Assembly (NCBI GenBank): GCA_030704615.1
Contig: CM060731.1
Location: 32,364,001-32,428,000 of the forward strand
Length of the DNA stretch: 64,000 bases
Origin: Takakia lepidozioides
Taxonomy: Eukaryota > Plantae > Bryophyta
Direction of reading: 5' to 3'
This document shows positions 22,212 to 34,857 of the stretch, piece by piece (the first letter of the stretch is position 1; every line of letters begins with the position of its first letter). The notes below the pieces were generated by a model. That model worked only from the letters and a program-made list of their open reading frames with translations. It was not told the DNA's origin and did not search any database. A program made the position numbers and the translations under genes.

Positions 22212-23865
22212 TTAGGTAGGCTTTGGAATTGGCCGTGTAGATTTGGTGGAACACGTCAGGTGTAGTGGAGACAACCAATCTGGGAGCATTGCACAGCTGG
22301 TTGGGGTGGTGGCATTTTCGGTATCGACAGTTCGGACAGTACATGCGGGAGGTAGGCTGCTGTCAATTTCGTTCATTTGTCTTTCTGTTACGGACATTTC
22401 GATTGGTCCCTCACCATTGTTTGTGTCCTTCTAGGAGCGGTGCTTGGATTTTGACACGGACATGCCGAACACGAATATGGCAGAATCGGTCCACTCCTCC
22501 TGGCGAGCGTCTTCTGCCGCACATCTGGTGGACGTAGTGACGGCCACAACGGAGGACATCGACAGAGCAATCATGCAGCAAGCCACGTACTACAAGTTCC
22601 TGAGCGGCAAACAATGGGGCTTTGGGCCGGACAGGGAGGAATTGTTGGTACGAACAGCTTCGAGGTCCAAGAATCCAGTGAAATGGGCGACAGCATTGCG
22701 AGAGAAGATCAAAGGGACGCCTCTACACCGCAGAGGTGAACACCTAGAGGGGGACGTCCGGACTCGCCCTGTCAGGCGGAGGATTGAAGAGGAACCCGGG
22801 TGCGAAGAGGATTCCTGGAGATCCGACAGGAACATTCGGACAGCACCTCGAGGTCCCGTCATGTTGCCGCACAATGTGTCTTCCAGCAGTGGAAGCCCAA
22901 GAAATTCCAGATCGCCGTCGCCTTCAACCGAGGATTTCGTGCAAAAAATTCCCACCGCTCCCTTGCCCCAGATTCCGCCCGCTGTTATGCAGTATGGCCA
23001 AGCCATTGTGGAGACGACTGTGTCTGCCTCATAGTGGAGAATTGCTCGCACAAAGCCGTCGTTTCGAGGAAGGTGTTCCGCAATTCGTGTGGATACACGG
23101 CAACGTTGTTTAGAGATGATAAGGAGGAATCCAGATGGGGCTGTCCATGCTCCTACTTTTACAGGAAGATTTGTCCATGCAAAGTTTGCGGAGGCGACAA
23201 CCACCCAGTTCTGGTTCTGCAGGCACGACATTATGACTTGCGTGTATGGAAAGCCCAAGTACGGCATACAAACAATGCCAGAGGCTCCCTCGGTGTGGCC
23301 GGTGGAACCAGGCTGCGATCTGAGTCAGGTTGAGGCCGACGCCCTTACCGCCGCAGGATTTCGGATGGTGCAGCGCACTGACGTCCCCAAAGAACCATTT
23401 CCGCTTCCACAGCCTCCACCACCGACCCCTGTGAGAGCAAGAACAATGGGACACGACAGCTCTAAGCATCCTACACACTGTTGGGGGAAACCGAAGAGGC
23501 GGCGACCTCCCTCAAAAGTGAACGAGACAAGGATGGGGAATGCACTTCGGATGAACTGTACAATCCAGAGCTCGACAAAAGTGCCCCCACCAGGATTCGG
23601 GCGTGTGTATCAGATGGCCATGGCGGGCTCAGCTGTTCGCAATGAGGTGTACACCATCACCATTTCAGAATTACCCACCTGCAATTGCACCGACTTCCAG
23701 ATCATGGCGAACAAGGGGGCATCATACTGCCCTTGCAAGCATTTGTACTACGTGTACCTAAAGAGACTCCGTTGTAATTCCACAACTCATCACTTCATAC
23801 ATGCACCAGGGTTGAGCCCCCATGAGGTTTACACTCTTCTGAATATGGATCCAGGGGACCAGTGA
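22212..23865 (+). pseudogene. 3' half of the MULE1 transposase with SWIM zinc finger
   Basis: WLGWWHFRYRQ|intron|DMPNTNMAESVHSSW and CNCTDF...CPCKHLYYVY; colinear with 50460-52058 including intron position; N-terminal half absent. Confidence 0.8.
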
Positions 23866-24619
23866 GCTTGGCTTGCGGTCCCAATACAATGGTACGCCCA
23901 TCCTTTTCGGATAGTAGAACTGTACTGCTGCCAGTACCTCAAACTCTGGCCACAGAAAGGTCCGACATATGTCTTGCCTACCAGTAACCTGTTTTGCTCG
24001 AACTAAGATAATACTATATCGTTCACTTGCTTCCACGTGCATGTATTTTTGTATGTTGGAGGGTTCATGTTTTTCTGCTTTCCGAAAACTTGCTTTCCTC
24101 ATTCGATCTCCGACAAGGAAATGCGGCGCCGCATTTCCAAGTATCGTCGTAGGTACTGGTAGAGGCGGCCTTCGCCAACACCAAACCGGTCCGAAATTTC
24201 GCACATGCGAACCCTAATGCGGCACCTTATTTCCCAGTTCAGTTGCAAACCTTTCCCGCCGAATACCCGAAGAAGACAGAATTGTGAAGTACTGCAGACT
24301 GTATTGGTGCAGACTCCATTGGTTCAATCGCGGCAAAAGGGTCAGCTTCATTCCAATGTTAAGGCATGTAAAACCGCGGAATACTCTATACAGGCCAGTA
24401 TGCGACATCCTTTTGCAGTGGTATACTGGATTTCCCGTTGCACGGTCACTTATTTCCATGAGCGGATCTAAAAAACCATGAGCGGACTTGTTACTGACGA
24501 CATATCTTCGCCGCATTACATGATCTGGAACGTCCAAAAACGGCAAGGTCAAATAAAAAACTATTATTTTAATACTTGTTTAATCTGCCGCATTTCCAAA
24601 TTTGGAGGAGTCCGCTCAT

Positions 24620-24716
24620 GAAATCCGCGTATCTTAGACTTCGGCTCACCGCTCATGCGGCTCATGCGGCTCATGGCTCATGGCTCATGGTTTCTGCTCA
24701 TGAAATAGTAAACCTC
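24620..24716. mobile_element. MULE1 terminus B with subterminal GCTCATG repeats
   Basis: Minus strand GAGGTTTACTATTTCATGAGC matches terminus A at 17/21; followed by GGTATGCTT (24717-24725), the reverse complement of 17628-17636. Confidence 0.85.
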
Positions 24717-24808
24717 GGTATGCTTTGTATAGTGTGTGTGCAGTAGTTCTTCCATCGGCTGCAGGGGTTGCACTAGATAAATTGATGTGGTTGTGCGTGT
24801 GTTAGCAG

Positions 24809-25688
24809 GACCTATGAGGTGGAGAAATCCAGGTTGGAGACTGAAAATGCTGCTAACCAGAACAGGATCCGTGCTCTCCCTCACTTTGCAGAATGGCTGG
24901 TAAAAGCAGTCCGCCAGCATGTGTCAAGTGTTGCCAACCATGCTACTGATTCAGCCTGCAAGGAATTGTTGGACATGTCCAAACCCCCATCATTAATCGC
25001 AACATCATACAAGAGCATGTCGGCTTATGGAAACCACTTCAGGGTTACTTCAGATGGACTCAACAGCCCCTTTGTGACATATGACTCGGGGGTCTCTACT
25101 GTTTTCCAGCATGACTGTACTTGCATTTCAGGTGAGCAGGTGGTGGAAAGCGTACGGTATATGGGTGTCATAAAGGAGATTTTAGAATTGGATTATGGCT
25201 CCACACACACCACGGTGCTATTGTGTTCATGGGTGCGTGCACGACGTGTGGGCTCTCAGCCTGTGTCAATGAAGCAGGATGACTCTGGCTTCACATTGGT
25301 GAATTTCTCCCACTTGTTGCCTCCACTTGAACAGCCTTTTGTGCTCCCATCACAGGTCGAGCAAGTTTTTTTCTCTGAGTGTGTGGATGAACCGAGATGG
25401 AACGTGGTGCTGGAAAAAAACCCCAAGTCACGCAGGGCTGTTTGTGATGTGAGCATTTGCAACGATGATATTGCAAGTGTATCAGGCCTCTTAGCCCCCA
25501 ATCACATTGAAGAGATGAATGTTGCTGCTGACAGGGTGGGCCAGACCATCCAAGTGACACCTGAAGAGGTTGCTTCACTTTACAGAGACATGCGATCTGA
25601 GGAAGCACATCCATGTCCCACGGAGGACAGTTGCGATGGAGATTCAGAGATGAGGAGTTGGTTGATGTGGATGTGTACTAGTACCTAG
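24809..25688 (+). CDS. tnpD: last exon of CACTA element 1 tnpD (DUF4216-like)
   Basis: YMGVIKEILELDY, LLCSWV, DDSGFTLVNF, QPFVLPSQVEQVFF; homologous to 30566-31507. Confidence 0.85.
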
Positions 25689-26999
25689 AATGAGGTACGA
25701 CTTTCCCCCCCAACTGCCTTTCTCTATCTCAAGTATATGAAGGGTGGTATTGGGCAAAATTCAATATGTAATCCCGGTTGATTCATGAATAATGTGGGAT
25801 TCATAAGACTGGCACTAAGGGTTGCCCTTGGGGGTGTCCTTGTAGCAGGGTGTTGGAGGTGTCCAACTTACATGGCGTGTCTGTCTGGCAACGTGACATG
25901 ACATTTATGTCACTATAGACTTTGGAACGGCGTGCAGATTTACACATCAGTTCTGCCTTTGGGTACATTGTTGACAAAGTGCATGTGCCTTCCTGTTTAC
26001 ATTACATAATTGCCCCAGTGATTTTGTGGGTCTTATATTGGGCAGGCTCGTGTTTATGGACCATTGAATACCAGTGGAGTGCTTTTAAGCTTGGTCCCTA
26101 CTTATCATGTTTGCATTTTTCCCCAAGAGAATCCGGCAATCCGCATAGATGAGGCTCTGGCTGGTTGAATGGGTTCTTTGCGTAGATGCATTTTATGGGC
26201 AGTTTCTCTCATGCCCCAGCTAACACCATCTGACTCACTTGTACAGTCCCCCATCTGTGAATGGCTCGAGCGGTGCAGTACATTCAGCACTACACTGCTG
26301 GTGCCCTGCAGGTGTTCCATGCTTTGCACCACATCATTATTCCCTGATGTCATCCTGCTGTTGTTCTAGCTTGGGGTAGGTCATTGGGGTTATGTACATT
26401 AGAGAGAAGAACATGAGCTGTTATCTCAGTTGTTTTATCATACAAGAAGCTTTCTTCATGGGCTCTCCCATTCTTAGAACACCCCCCCATGGCAAAGTGG
26501 GTGGATCGGAACAGCCCGTATTGCGAAGCTTCTATTCCAGTACCACACGGCGTGGAGCTCCGGGACGGCCTGCTACAGCGCAGATTGCACAAGGCAATAT
26601 GCTAGAGTGTCTTGGATTTCATATTTTGTTGGTGTTCTTGGTCACTGGTCAAAGACTTTTGTTGAGCAATGTTTTGCATCACTGTCATGAGTGAAATCTA
26701 TGATTTGCATGAATTTGCCTATCCCCCGAATGCATCATTTGTTCGTCTGTCATTCCGCAGTATGAGGCTTGCTTTTGATGTTGTCCGCGATCAACAAACA
26801 CTAAAATGCACGTCGCCATTTGAACGTAACGTCACAAACAGATGCGGTTCCAGATCGCCTCTCTAGCATGTTGGCTTCACGTTCCATTCTTCTCCACAAA
26901 GCGCAAACGGCCTACTAATCTGCTTCGTGTGCAACCGTTCCCTTCACTTGCATCCCCCGCACCACAATATCAAAACCACTTAACCAATCATATGTAGAC

Positions 27000-27357
27000 A
27001 CCTCATAAGTTGTTCCATGTCACAGTCTCTCCATGTCATCACGATATGTGATGATCTGGCAGAATGCATTAGAGTGGTAGTCATGAAGTCATATGTCCGT
27101 CTAGCAATATGCACACGTCATTCTAGTATGGGCATGACCCTGACTGGTAGTCATATCCGCCATGGCAATATTCCTGGTCAAAGGGTGTTTTGACCTGTGT
27201 TGCGCAAAGTTCGGAGTCATACAGTCGCATAAACGGCTTCGTCGTGATCTATGTTATGACTTCAAAAGGCATTTACGACTGCAAATGGCATATCTGCCAC
27301 AAATTTGTCGTGACTGCGCACCCATGGGAGTCATCAAAGCCGCAATCTGTTGTAGTG
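27000..27357. mobile_element. terminus of CACTA element 1
   Basis: Ends ...TCTGTTGTAGTG (reverse complement CACTACAACAGA), preceded by AGTCAT/ATGACT subterminal motifs. Confidence 0.85.
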
Positions 27358-27360
27358 GAG

Positions 27361-27885
27361 CGTGATTGGTACGCCATGCCCATGAGGAGTTGGGACATTT
27401 TGGGGTGCGGCGCACTCATAGTTTGCTGCAAGGACAGTATTGGTGGCGGGGCATGCACACGGATGTGCAACAGTTAGTGGCAAGGTGCATGGTGTGTGAT
27501 AGAGTGCGAGCTTCTTTCAATGCACCTACTCCACAATTGCATCCTTTACCCATTATGGGTTTGGGCTATCGTTGGAGTCTTGACTTCGCAGGCCCATTGC
27601 CACTAACGATTCGCCATAACAAGTATGTGCTGGTGATGGTGGAACATTTCTCCAAGTGGATTGAACTGGTGGCATTGCCTAACAAGGCAAGTGAGGGGGC
27701 TGCGTATGCATTCTTAGATCGAGTGCTTAGCCAATTTGGTGCTCCAGCCGAGGTACTCACGGACCAGGGGAGAGAGTTCTTGGTGTGAACAAGCCTTGAT
27801 AGATCACCACACTACTTCTCGGGATCATCCCGAGGCTGATGGCCTGGCAGAGAGGGTTGTACAAACAATCAAGCGAGGCTTGCGC
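27361..27885 (+). pseudogene. Gypsy integrase fragment
   Basis: HEELGHFG...YWWRGM...CMVC zinc-binding motif; WSLDFAGPLP, VEHFSKW and TDQGREF catalytic-core motifs. Confidence 0.9.
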
Positions 27886-28599
27886 ATTGTGGCATAGTTT
27901 TCTAGGATTGTGTGCTTAGAATGTATGGTGGACAACGATGTATGTTGTGGCACGATGCACTACAAGAGATGAGCGTTTTTAGGACTACGGCTTTGGCGGA
28001 GTCATAAAAACTGCACTAGGTACATGACTACAGAGCGCTGAAATGCATTACAGTTTTAGTTTTATGACTTTGTAGTAATGGATATCACTACATGACTCTA
28101 GAAAGTTAGGGAGCATTGGTCAAACATTGTTGACCATGATGACAGGGATGGTTTATATGACTAGTGTGATATGTTTGACTACACGTGGACGACGTTTCAT
28201 GGAATCTTATGACTCCATGACTGAAGATGGTTTCAGAGCTCTATTTATACGACTACATCACTACACGTGTCATTTTGAAGGCACATATAATGCAAATAAG
28301 GTTGCCCATTAGGTTTAAAAAAGTTAAATTTTTTGCTAATAAGGTTGTCCATTAGTGTAATCGTGAATAGAAAGGAGGGCTGGGACTTGGCGTCTTTTTG
28401 TCTCCTGTGCCACACCACATAGCTGAGGGATGGAACGCGATGATAGCAGGATATGCAGGGGCATGGGATGGAGGCGTTGAGCAAATGATGCACGAAGGAG
28501 AAGAGGAGGAGGAGACGAGACGAGGACAAGCGAGCTCGCCGTTCTTGGGAGAGTCAGCTTGGTCTTAGCAAGCGTGTTTCAATCTCTGACTACTCATCT

Positions 28600-29240
28600 A
28601 CGCCGTAGTGGTTCGATCTGACAGACCAATCCGACATTACCTGACTACAGACACAAGTAGCACACACAAGAGGTCATCGGTCAAATCCTCCATGGGTCAG
28701 GACAGGTCAAGGACAATGTGGTAGGGCACCTTCTTCTTCAACCTATTTCAGCCTGTGTTGCCCTCTCATCAGACTCGGCTGCAAGATGCATATTGAATTC
28801 TGTAAGTTAGGTCGTTGAGTACATCTGTGGTGGTTTGGAGTGACTTTGGCAAGTTACTGCCAGTGTGGCAGCACGGAAGTATCCAAAAACATATAATAGA
28901 GGTGAGGAGAAGCTTTGGGGTGAACACTTTCCAACCCCAATGGTGGGACAATGGAGACAAAAAGGCGAATGCCTGTTGGACTACAGAGAGAAGCAGATGC
29001 ATTTCAGATTGTGATAAGTAGGGTTGGGGTGTTTTGGGGAAGAACTCCACACCAGTATGGTTGGGGTGTTTGCTGGTAGAATTGTAGGCTGTCAGAGGCA
29101 TGGATAGCTGAAGGAGCAGGGATAGAGTGTGGGTCCAGATTCATCCAAGAGGGCTGGATTTCAAGCTCCACATTACCTATGATTCCCTGTGGAAGGATAG
29201 GTACAAGAAACCTACATGGGTAGATGGTCAACTGGAAGCG
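28600..29240 (+). pseudogene. captured host-gene fragment with OSB-type PDF motifs
   Basis: QWWDN and HPRGLDFKLHITYDSLW...KKPTWVDGQL; nucleotide similarity to the reverse complements of 60350-60630 and 58490-58810. Confidence 0.75.
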
Positions 29241-30565
29241 GCATGCTGTACTATATGTCATTACTGTACTATATGTCATTCCAGAGACTGTCATTGTTGG
29301 TCCATGTGTTTTACAACAATGCTATCAATATAAGACTCCTGGTTCGCATTGGAAGCTCAATCCCTGCAAGTTCATTGTGTGTGAAGCTCAAACTTGCGAT
29401 TTGAAGGATCTTGTAGCCAAGTTCATTCAACCGGAAAGGAGAAATTCTGAAAGCTCCCAAATTTGATGTGGGCAAGCTTATGGAGGTAAGACTTAGCTTC
29501 CCTCCTCTAATGTAAGTGTTGGATAAGTTTCATTTAGTGTCGACCTTCACTGCATATATTGGCTCTTTTCTTGGCTGGTTTCATATTTTCTTGGCTGGTA
29601 TGCTGTTGGTTGGCTTCTTTCATTTCACGTGTGTAGTGGAAGGTGAGAAGTACTTTCCTAAGTTCTGCTGCAACAATGTCTTTTTCCAGCCTAGATGTTT
29701 TCGATGGATACAAATTGAAGTGCTTTGAATGTTGCTGCAATACTATAATAAAGTGGAGGGTGCTGAATGCAGTTGGCCTTGCTTCGTGCAGGCATAATCC
29801 AGGGAAATGTGGACATAGCTGAAACCCCATGATAGCATTTCCAGAGGACGGTGTGGATGGCCTCACAATCCAGCATGCAAAATCCATGACAATGTGGAGC
29901 TGGCTGAATGGGCAAACAGGTTAAGTGGCGAACAAGCCACGTCACTGGTACATAGTTGCATGCTTACATAGTACATGAAAGCGTACTATATGTCATTCCC
30001 GAAATTGACCATGTTGGTCCATGTATTTTACAACAATGCTATCAATAAAAGACCAATGGTTCGCATTGGAAACTCTATCCCCGTAAGTGGCTTGTGCGTG
30101 ATGCTCAAACTTGTGATTTGAAGGATCTTATACCCCAGTTCATTGCAGAGGTGATTGGAAAAGACATTGAGAAGGCAACAGCCGTTATCTATAATCTACA
30201 GATCCCCTTCAATTTGATGTGGGAAAGCCAGCTGGCTGGAGGTCTAGTCTCACTTTCACTCATCTAATGTCAGTGTTGTATCCATTGCAATGTGGAGATG
30301 TTTGAAACAACATTGGAGCATTTCCAGAGGATGGTCTGGATGGCCTTTCGTGGCGTGTGCCGAATCCATGGCAAGAAAACATTGCAGGCAGAACCCATGG
30401 CAATGGTACCAGCACGGGTTGGTCCAAAGCCAATTGCAACAACAAATGAATAAAGGGTGCTGAAAGGAAAGCACTCCATAATTGATCATAAAATCCAGTG
30501 TCCAAGCATGATATCTTAATGGGAATGCAAAGGGAGTGTTACCACCTTAAACTATCATGCATGGT

Positions 30566-33500
30566 CTATAACTGGAGTGCACAAATCGCGCATATATAAT
30601 CTTCATCATCCTCATCTATGTCTGGGTCACTACATGTATCACTGTCTTCATCACAGACTTCATCTTGTCCAAGGGTTGGCTGAACATCATCACCACGTAT
30701 ACGGGGTGCTCGGAGGTACAAGGAGGCCACCTGCTCTGGAGTAACCGGTACCGCTCGGCTGCATGTTGGGCCATCAGTAACCACAGTCTCCTCTAGTCTT
30801 TGTGGGGCTAACAATCCTTCCACTTCCGCCACATCATCATTATCAATTGATATGTCGCAGACCACTCTACGTGCTCGGGGGCTCTTCTCCAGGACGACTT
30901 TCCACCCCGGCTCCTTCACACAATCAGAAAAAAACACTTGATCAACCTGGCCAGGAAACACAAAAGGTTGCTCAGAAGGTGGAAGCATACGGTTAAAATT
31001 GACAAGTGTGAAGCCAGCATCATCCTGCTTCATTGACATAGGTTGACGACCCACGCAACTCGCCCGTACCCACGAACACAAAAACACTATAGGCTGTGTT
31101 TGGCCATAGTCAGTTTGCAAAATCTCCCTTATAAGACCCACATATCTTGTAGGTTCCTCCATGTCATTGCCTGAATTGTTGGTAATGGGCTGGTGCTAGA
31201 AAACAGATGAGACTCCACAATCAAAAGACACCATACTTGTTGTGTTCATGCCGGGGGATGTAACCCTGTAATGGTTACCATACGCTGTCATACTCTTGAA
31301 TGACAGGGCAGTAAATGATGGAGGCCTTGAAAGATCCAGTAATTCCTCACGTGTTGTAGGATCAAGCCCATCTGATTGAATTGAGAGATGATCCCGTACA
31401 CCTTGAGGGAGCCAAACAGCAAATGGAGGACAAGGATGCAAATCAGGAGGGTACTGAATTGCCGTGGGATTGCTCATGCCTTCCAGCCCTTGCTCCTCAC
31501 GAAACAAGCGTCGTCTGGCTTCTATCCGTGTGGACTCTGCTTCATATATCCTGTCACAATCTGAGGGTCAGCCAGGAGATTGACAGAGGTGGCGTGGGAG
31601 ATTTGAAAAGACGCCATATGCCAACTAATGATAAATGACTAAAACTTGGAAATCTGAATGTCAATGAAGTAGATTTCTTACCCCAACATGACTGATAGAC
31701 GAGGATGGTTCTGAATGATGTACTCATGTACAATATCACACAGGTCATTCAATTTTCGGGCTTTAGAACTTCCTTCCACAACTTCACGTTCCACAGATTC
31801 TGCCTCATCTGCATCCCACACCCTTCGTACACTTCCATCAAATCCTGCCATATACTCTGTGCAAAAACCCAATGCTTCTTCAAATTGGTATCCTTCTGCC
31901 ATGCTCCCCTCGGGCCTTGCCATGTTTCTTACGTAGCCCTTCATATCTTTTATTGCCCGCTCCATGGGGTACATCCAACGAGATGCTATGGGCCCGCATA
32001 AGTACAACTCATCCACTAGGTGAACAACCAGATGTGTCATCACATCAAAAAATGATGGTGGGAACTCCTTCTCTATAAGACACAGAGTGAGAACTGCTTC
32101 AGTTCTCAATTCCTCATACTCTACAGGATTCACCACTTTTGCACACAACTTCTTAAATACACGACATACTCGCAAAATGGCCCTTCGAGGACCACTTGGC
32201 ATGAGCCCACGGATAGCAAGCGGTATAATTTGCTGCATGAGCACATGATAGTCATGTGATTTCATGCCTGACAACTTCTTCTTCACCACATGCTTTTTGA
32301 AAGCTGATGCGTAGCCTGTTGGCACTTTCAAGTTCTGCACAATCTCCAGAAAGACTTGTAACTCAGCCCCAATGAGGACATAAGGGGCAGGAGGCATAAT
32401 TAACGTATCTGCTCTGTCAGGATCACGTTGTAGCCACAATTCCGGGCGCATCCCAAGTAGCTCCAAATCACGGCGAACTTTCAATGTGTCTTTCTCACCA
32501 AAGATAGTTTTAATAATATTTTCAGCCAAGTTCTTCTCGCAATGCATTGCGTCAAACGGGTGGCGGATGAGGAGACCCTACAAAATGAACACATAAGCAA
32601 TTGAGCATTTACTCATCACAATTTAAACATAAAACGCAAAAATGTACACAGCCAATTTAAAGGCCATGAAGGAATTACCTCCCAATAAGGTAAGACATAT
32701 AAAATTGACAATCGCTTAACTCCATGAGTTTTTGCTGGGTCTGTCCTGCTATCTGGCGTCCCTCCGTTTTCCACCCATGCAGTGCGAGCTGTTGCAAGGT
32801 CCTTGATTTGTGTTCCAGTCTGCGTTTTTGGAGGAGTTCCATGCTCAGTAGCGCCATTGAACATTCTTGACCTTCTATATGGATGATTGCGGGCCAAAAA
32901 TCTTCGGTGGCCTAGGAAAAGAAATTTTCCACATGTGTGTAACTGCTGTGAAGTCACCCCGGGTCCACAAGCTGGACAACCAGCATAATCTTTCGTCACT
33001 TGACCTGAGAGCAAGCCATATGCAGGGTAGTCATGGATTGACCACATCAACACTGCCCTCAGTGTGAATTCGCGTTGACCACGAGGACGGGAAACATCAT
33101 GAGCTGCAATCCCTCTCCATAGTTCCAATAGCTCTTCCACTAGGGGCATCAGGTAAACATCTACGTTGTCCGAGGTAACAGACTCCTTACCAGGAATCAG
33201 TAGCGCTAACATGACAAAGAACTTTTTGGTCACTAACCACGGAGGCAGATTGTAATTGACCAAGAGAACGGGCCATGTACTCCAACTTGTGGATTGAGCT
33301 CCGTAGGGATTTACACCGTCTAAGGCCAATCCAAATCGCAGAGATCGTGGCTCTGCAGCAAAATCCGCAAATGTGGTGTCAATGTCTCCATGCTTTGCTA
33401 TCAGCTGGATGTCGAACCAACCCATCCTGGCTCTTATGTTTGTCGTGCCATGTCATGAGGTTAGCGATCGATTTACATCGGTACATACGTTTCAACCTTG

Positions 33501-34732
33501 GAATGACAGGGAAGTGTCGCAATACTTTCTTGGGCACACTTCCACGACCTGGAATGTAACGGGAACTGCGGCACACTGGGCAAATGTCTACATTCTCATA
33601 CTCCCCACGGAAGAGTACACAACCACGCTCACAGGCATGAATCATCGTGTACTGCAATCCCATCTTGGCAATCATGGTTTTTGCTTCATAGTGAGTTTTC
33701 GGCAATGAATTCTCTTTAGGCAAAAAACTCTTACGCAACAATCCCAGAAGCTCATCCACAAATGCATTGGTGCACTTGTGGGTAGTGCATGCATTCAGCA
33801 ATGTCAAAGTTGCTTGCAGCCGGCTGATGGAGCACCCTTCAAAAAGTGGACATTGCGACGCTCGGAAGAGTTTATCATACTCGGGATCAACGTGCAGGTG
33901 AGCATTCTCATCAAATTCATTGTCTCCGGAATCGTCGAGATCATCGTCATGATCGGCAAATGTGTGATCGGTTCCACCATGAATGGGGTCCTCTCTGTTT
34001 GCATCTGCAAAGAGAAACGCTTCCTGCAATGCACGCTGCATTTCTACCTCCAATCCACCACTCTCATCTGCGTTCTCTGTGACATTGGGCTCCCGCTGTG
34101 CCGCAGGGCCTTCATCTTCATCATCTGAATATTCACATCCCTGCATCCCAATAGTCATTTTGTGAGTGGACCAACAACGATGTGACACTTGTTCATATTA
34201 TGACATAGGAGGACACGGTGACGTTGCAGTGATGCAGTCATATTTACGTATGTATCTTAAGAATATACACCCAATCAAAACACGACATTTGTAACCATTG
34301 AAGTCATAGTTGCAGTCACTTACTTAGTCATATATGACTACATGACTACACATGACCAATGAAAACACGACATGTGCATTAATTAAAGTGATAACGGAAG
34401 TGGCGTAGTCATAGTCACGTCTGTATCTTATGACTTCTTGACTACAATCACCCAACGAAATGTCGACATGTGGAGAAGAGGATCGTTGCATTCAAAATTC
34501 AAACTAAAGTGCTGAAGGGAAAGTGGCGATCTTACCGGAAGAGAACAGCGTCGGAGTGTATCATGTAATGATTCCTCACTGTTTCCAACAACATTACTTT
34601 TCCTCCATGACACTCATCACAGTTGCATAGCATTTTTGTATGCCCATTCCTTGTGGCATAAGCTTCTTCCATTCGCCATAGACGGTCATCTATTCTACGC
34701 CTACGCATCCGTTTGCCACCTGCACTGTACAT
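30566..34732 (-). pseudogene. tnpD: CACTA TnpD transposase, element 2 (4 exons, frameshifts near 33400 and 31190)
   Basis: CNCDEC exon; IHACERGCVLF, FGLALDGVNPY, MHCEKN, RWMYPMER and QPFVFPGQVDQVFF motifs. Confidence 0.92.
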
Positions 34733-34857
34733 GCTTTGAACGTCACCCCTTCCCTCTTTGCATGCTACGCATAGTGCATTGTCTCTAGTTTTGCACCAGC
34801 TGCCAATGTGCTATTTCTATATCTATAGTATACTATAAGTATCGTTTCTGAGTGTCC

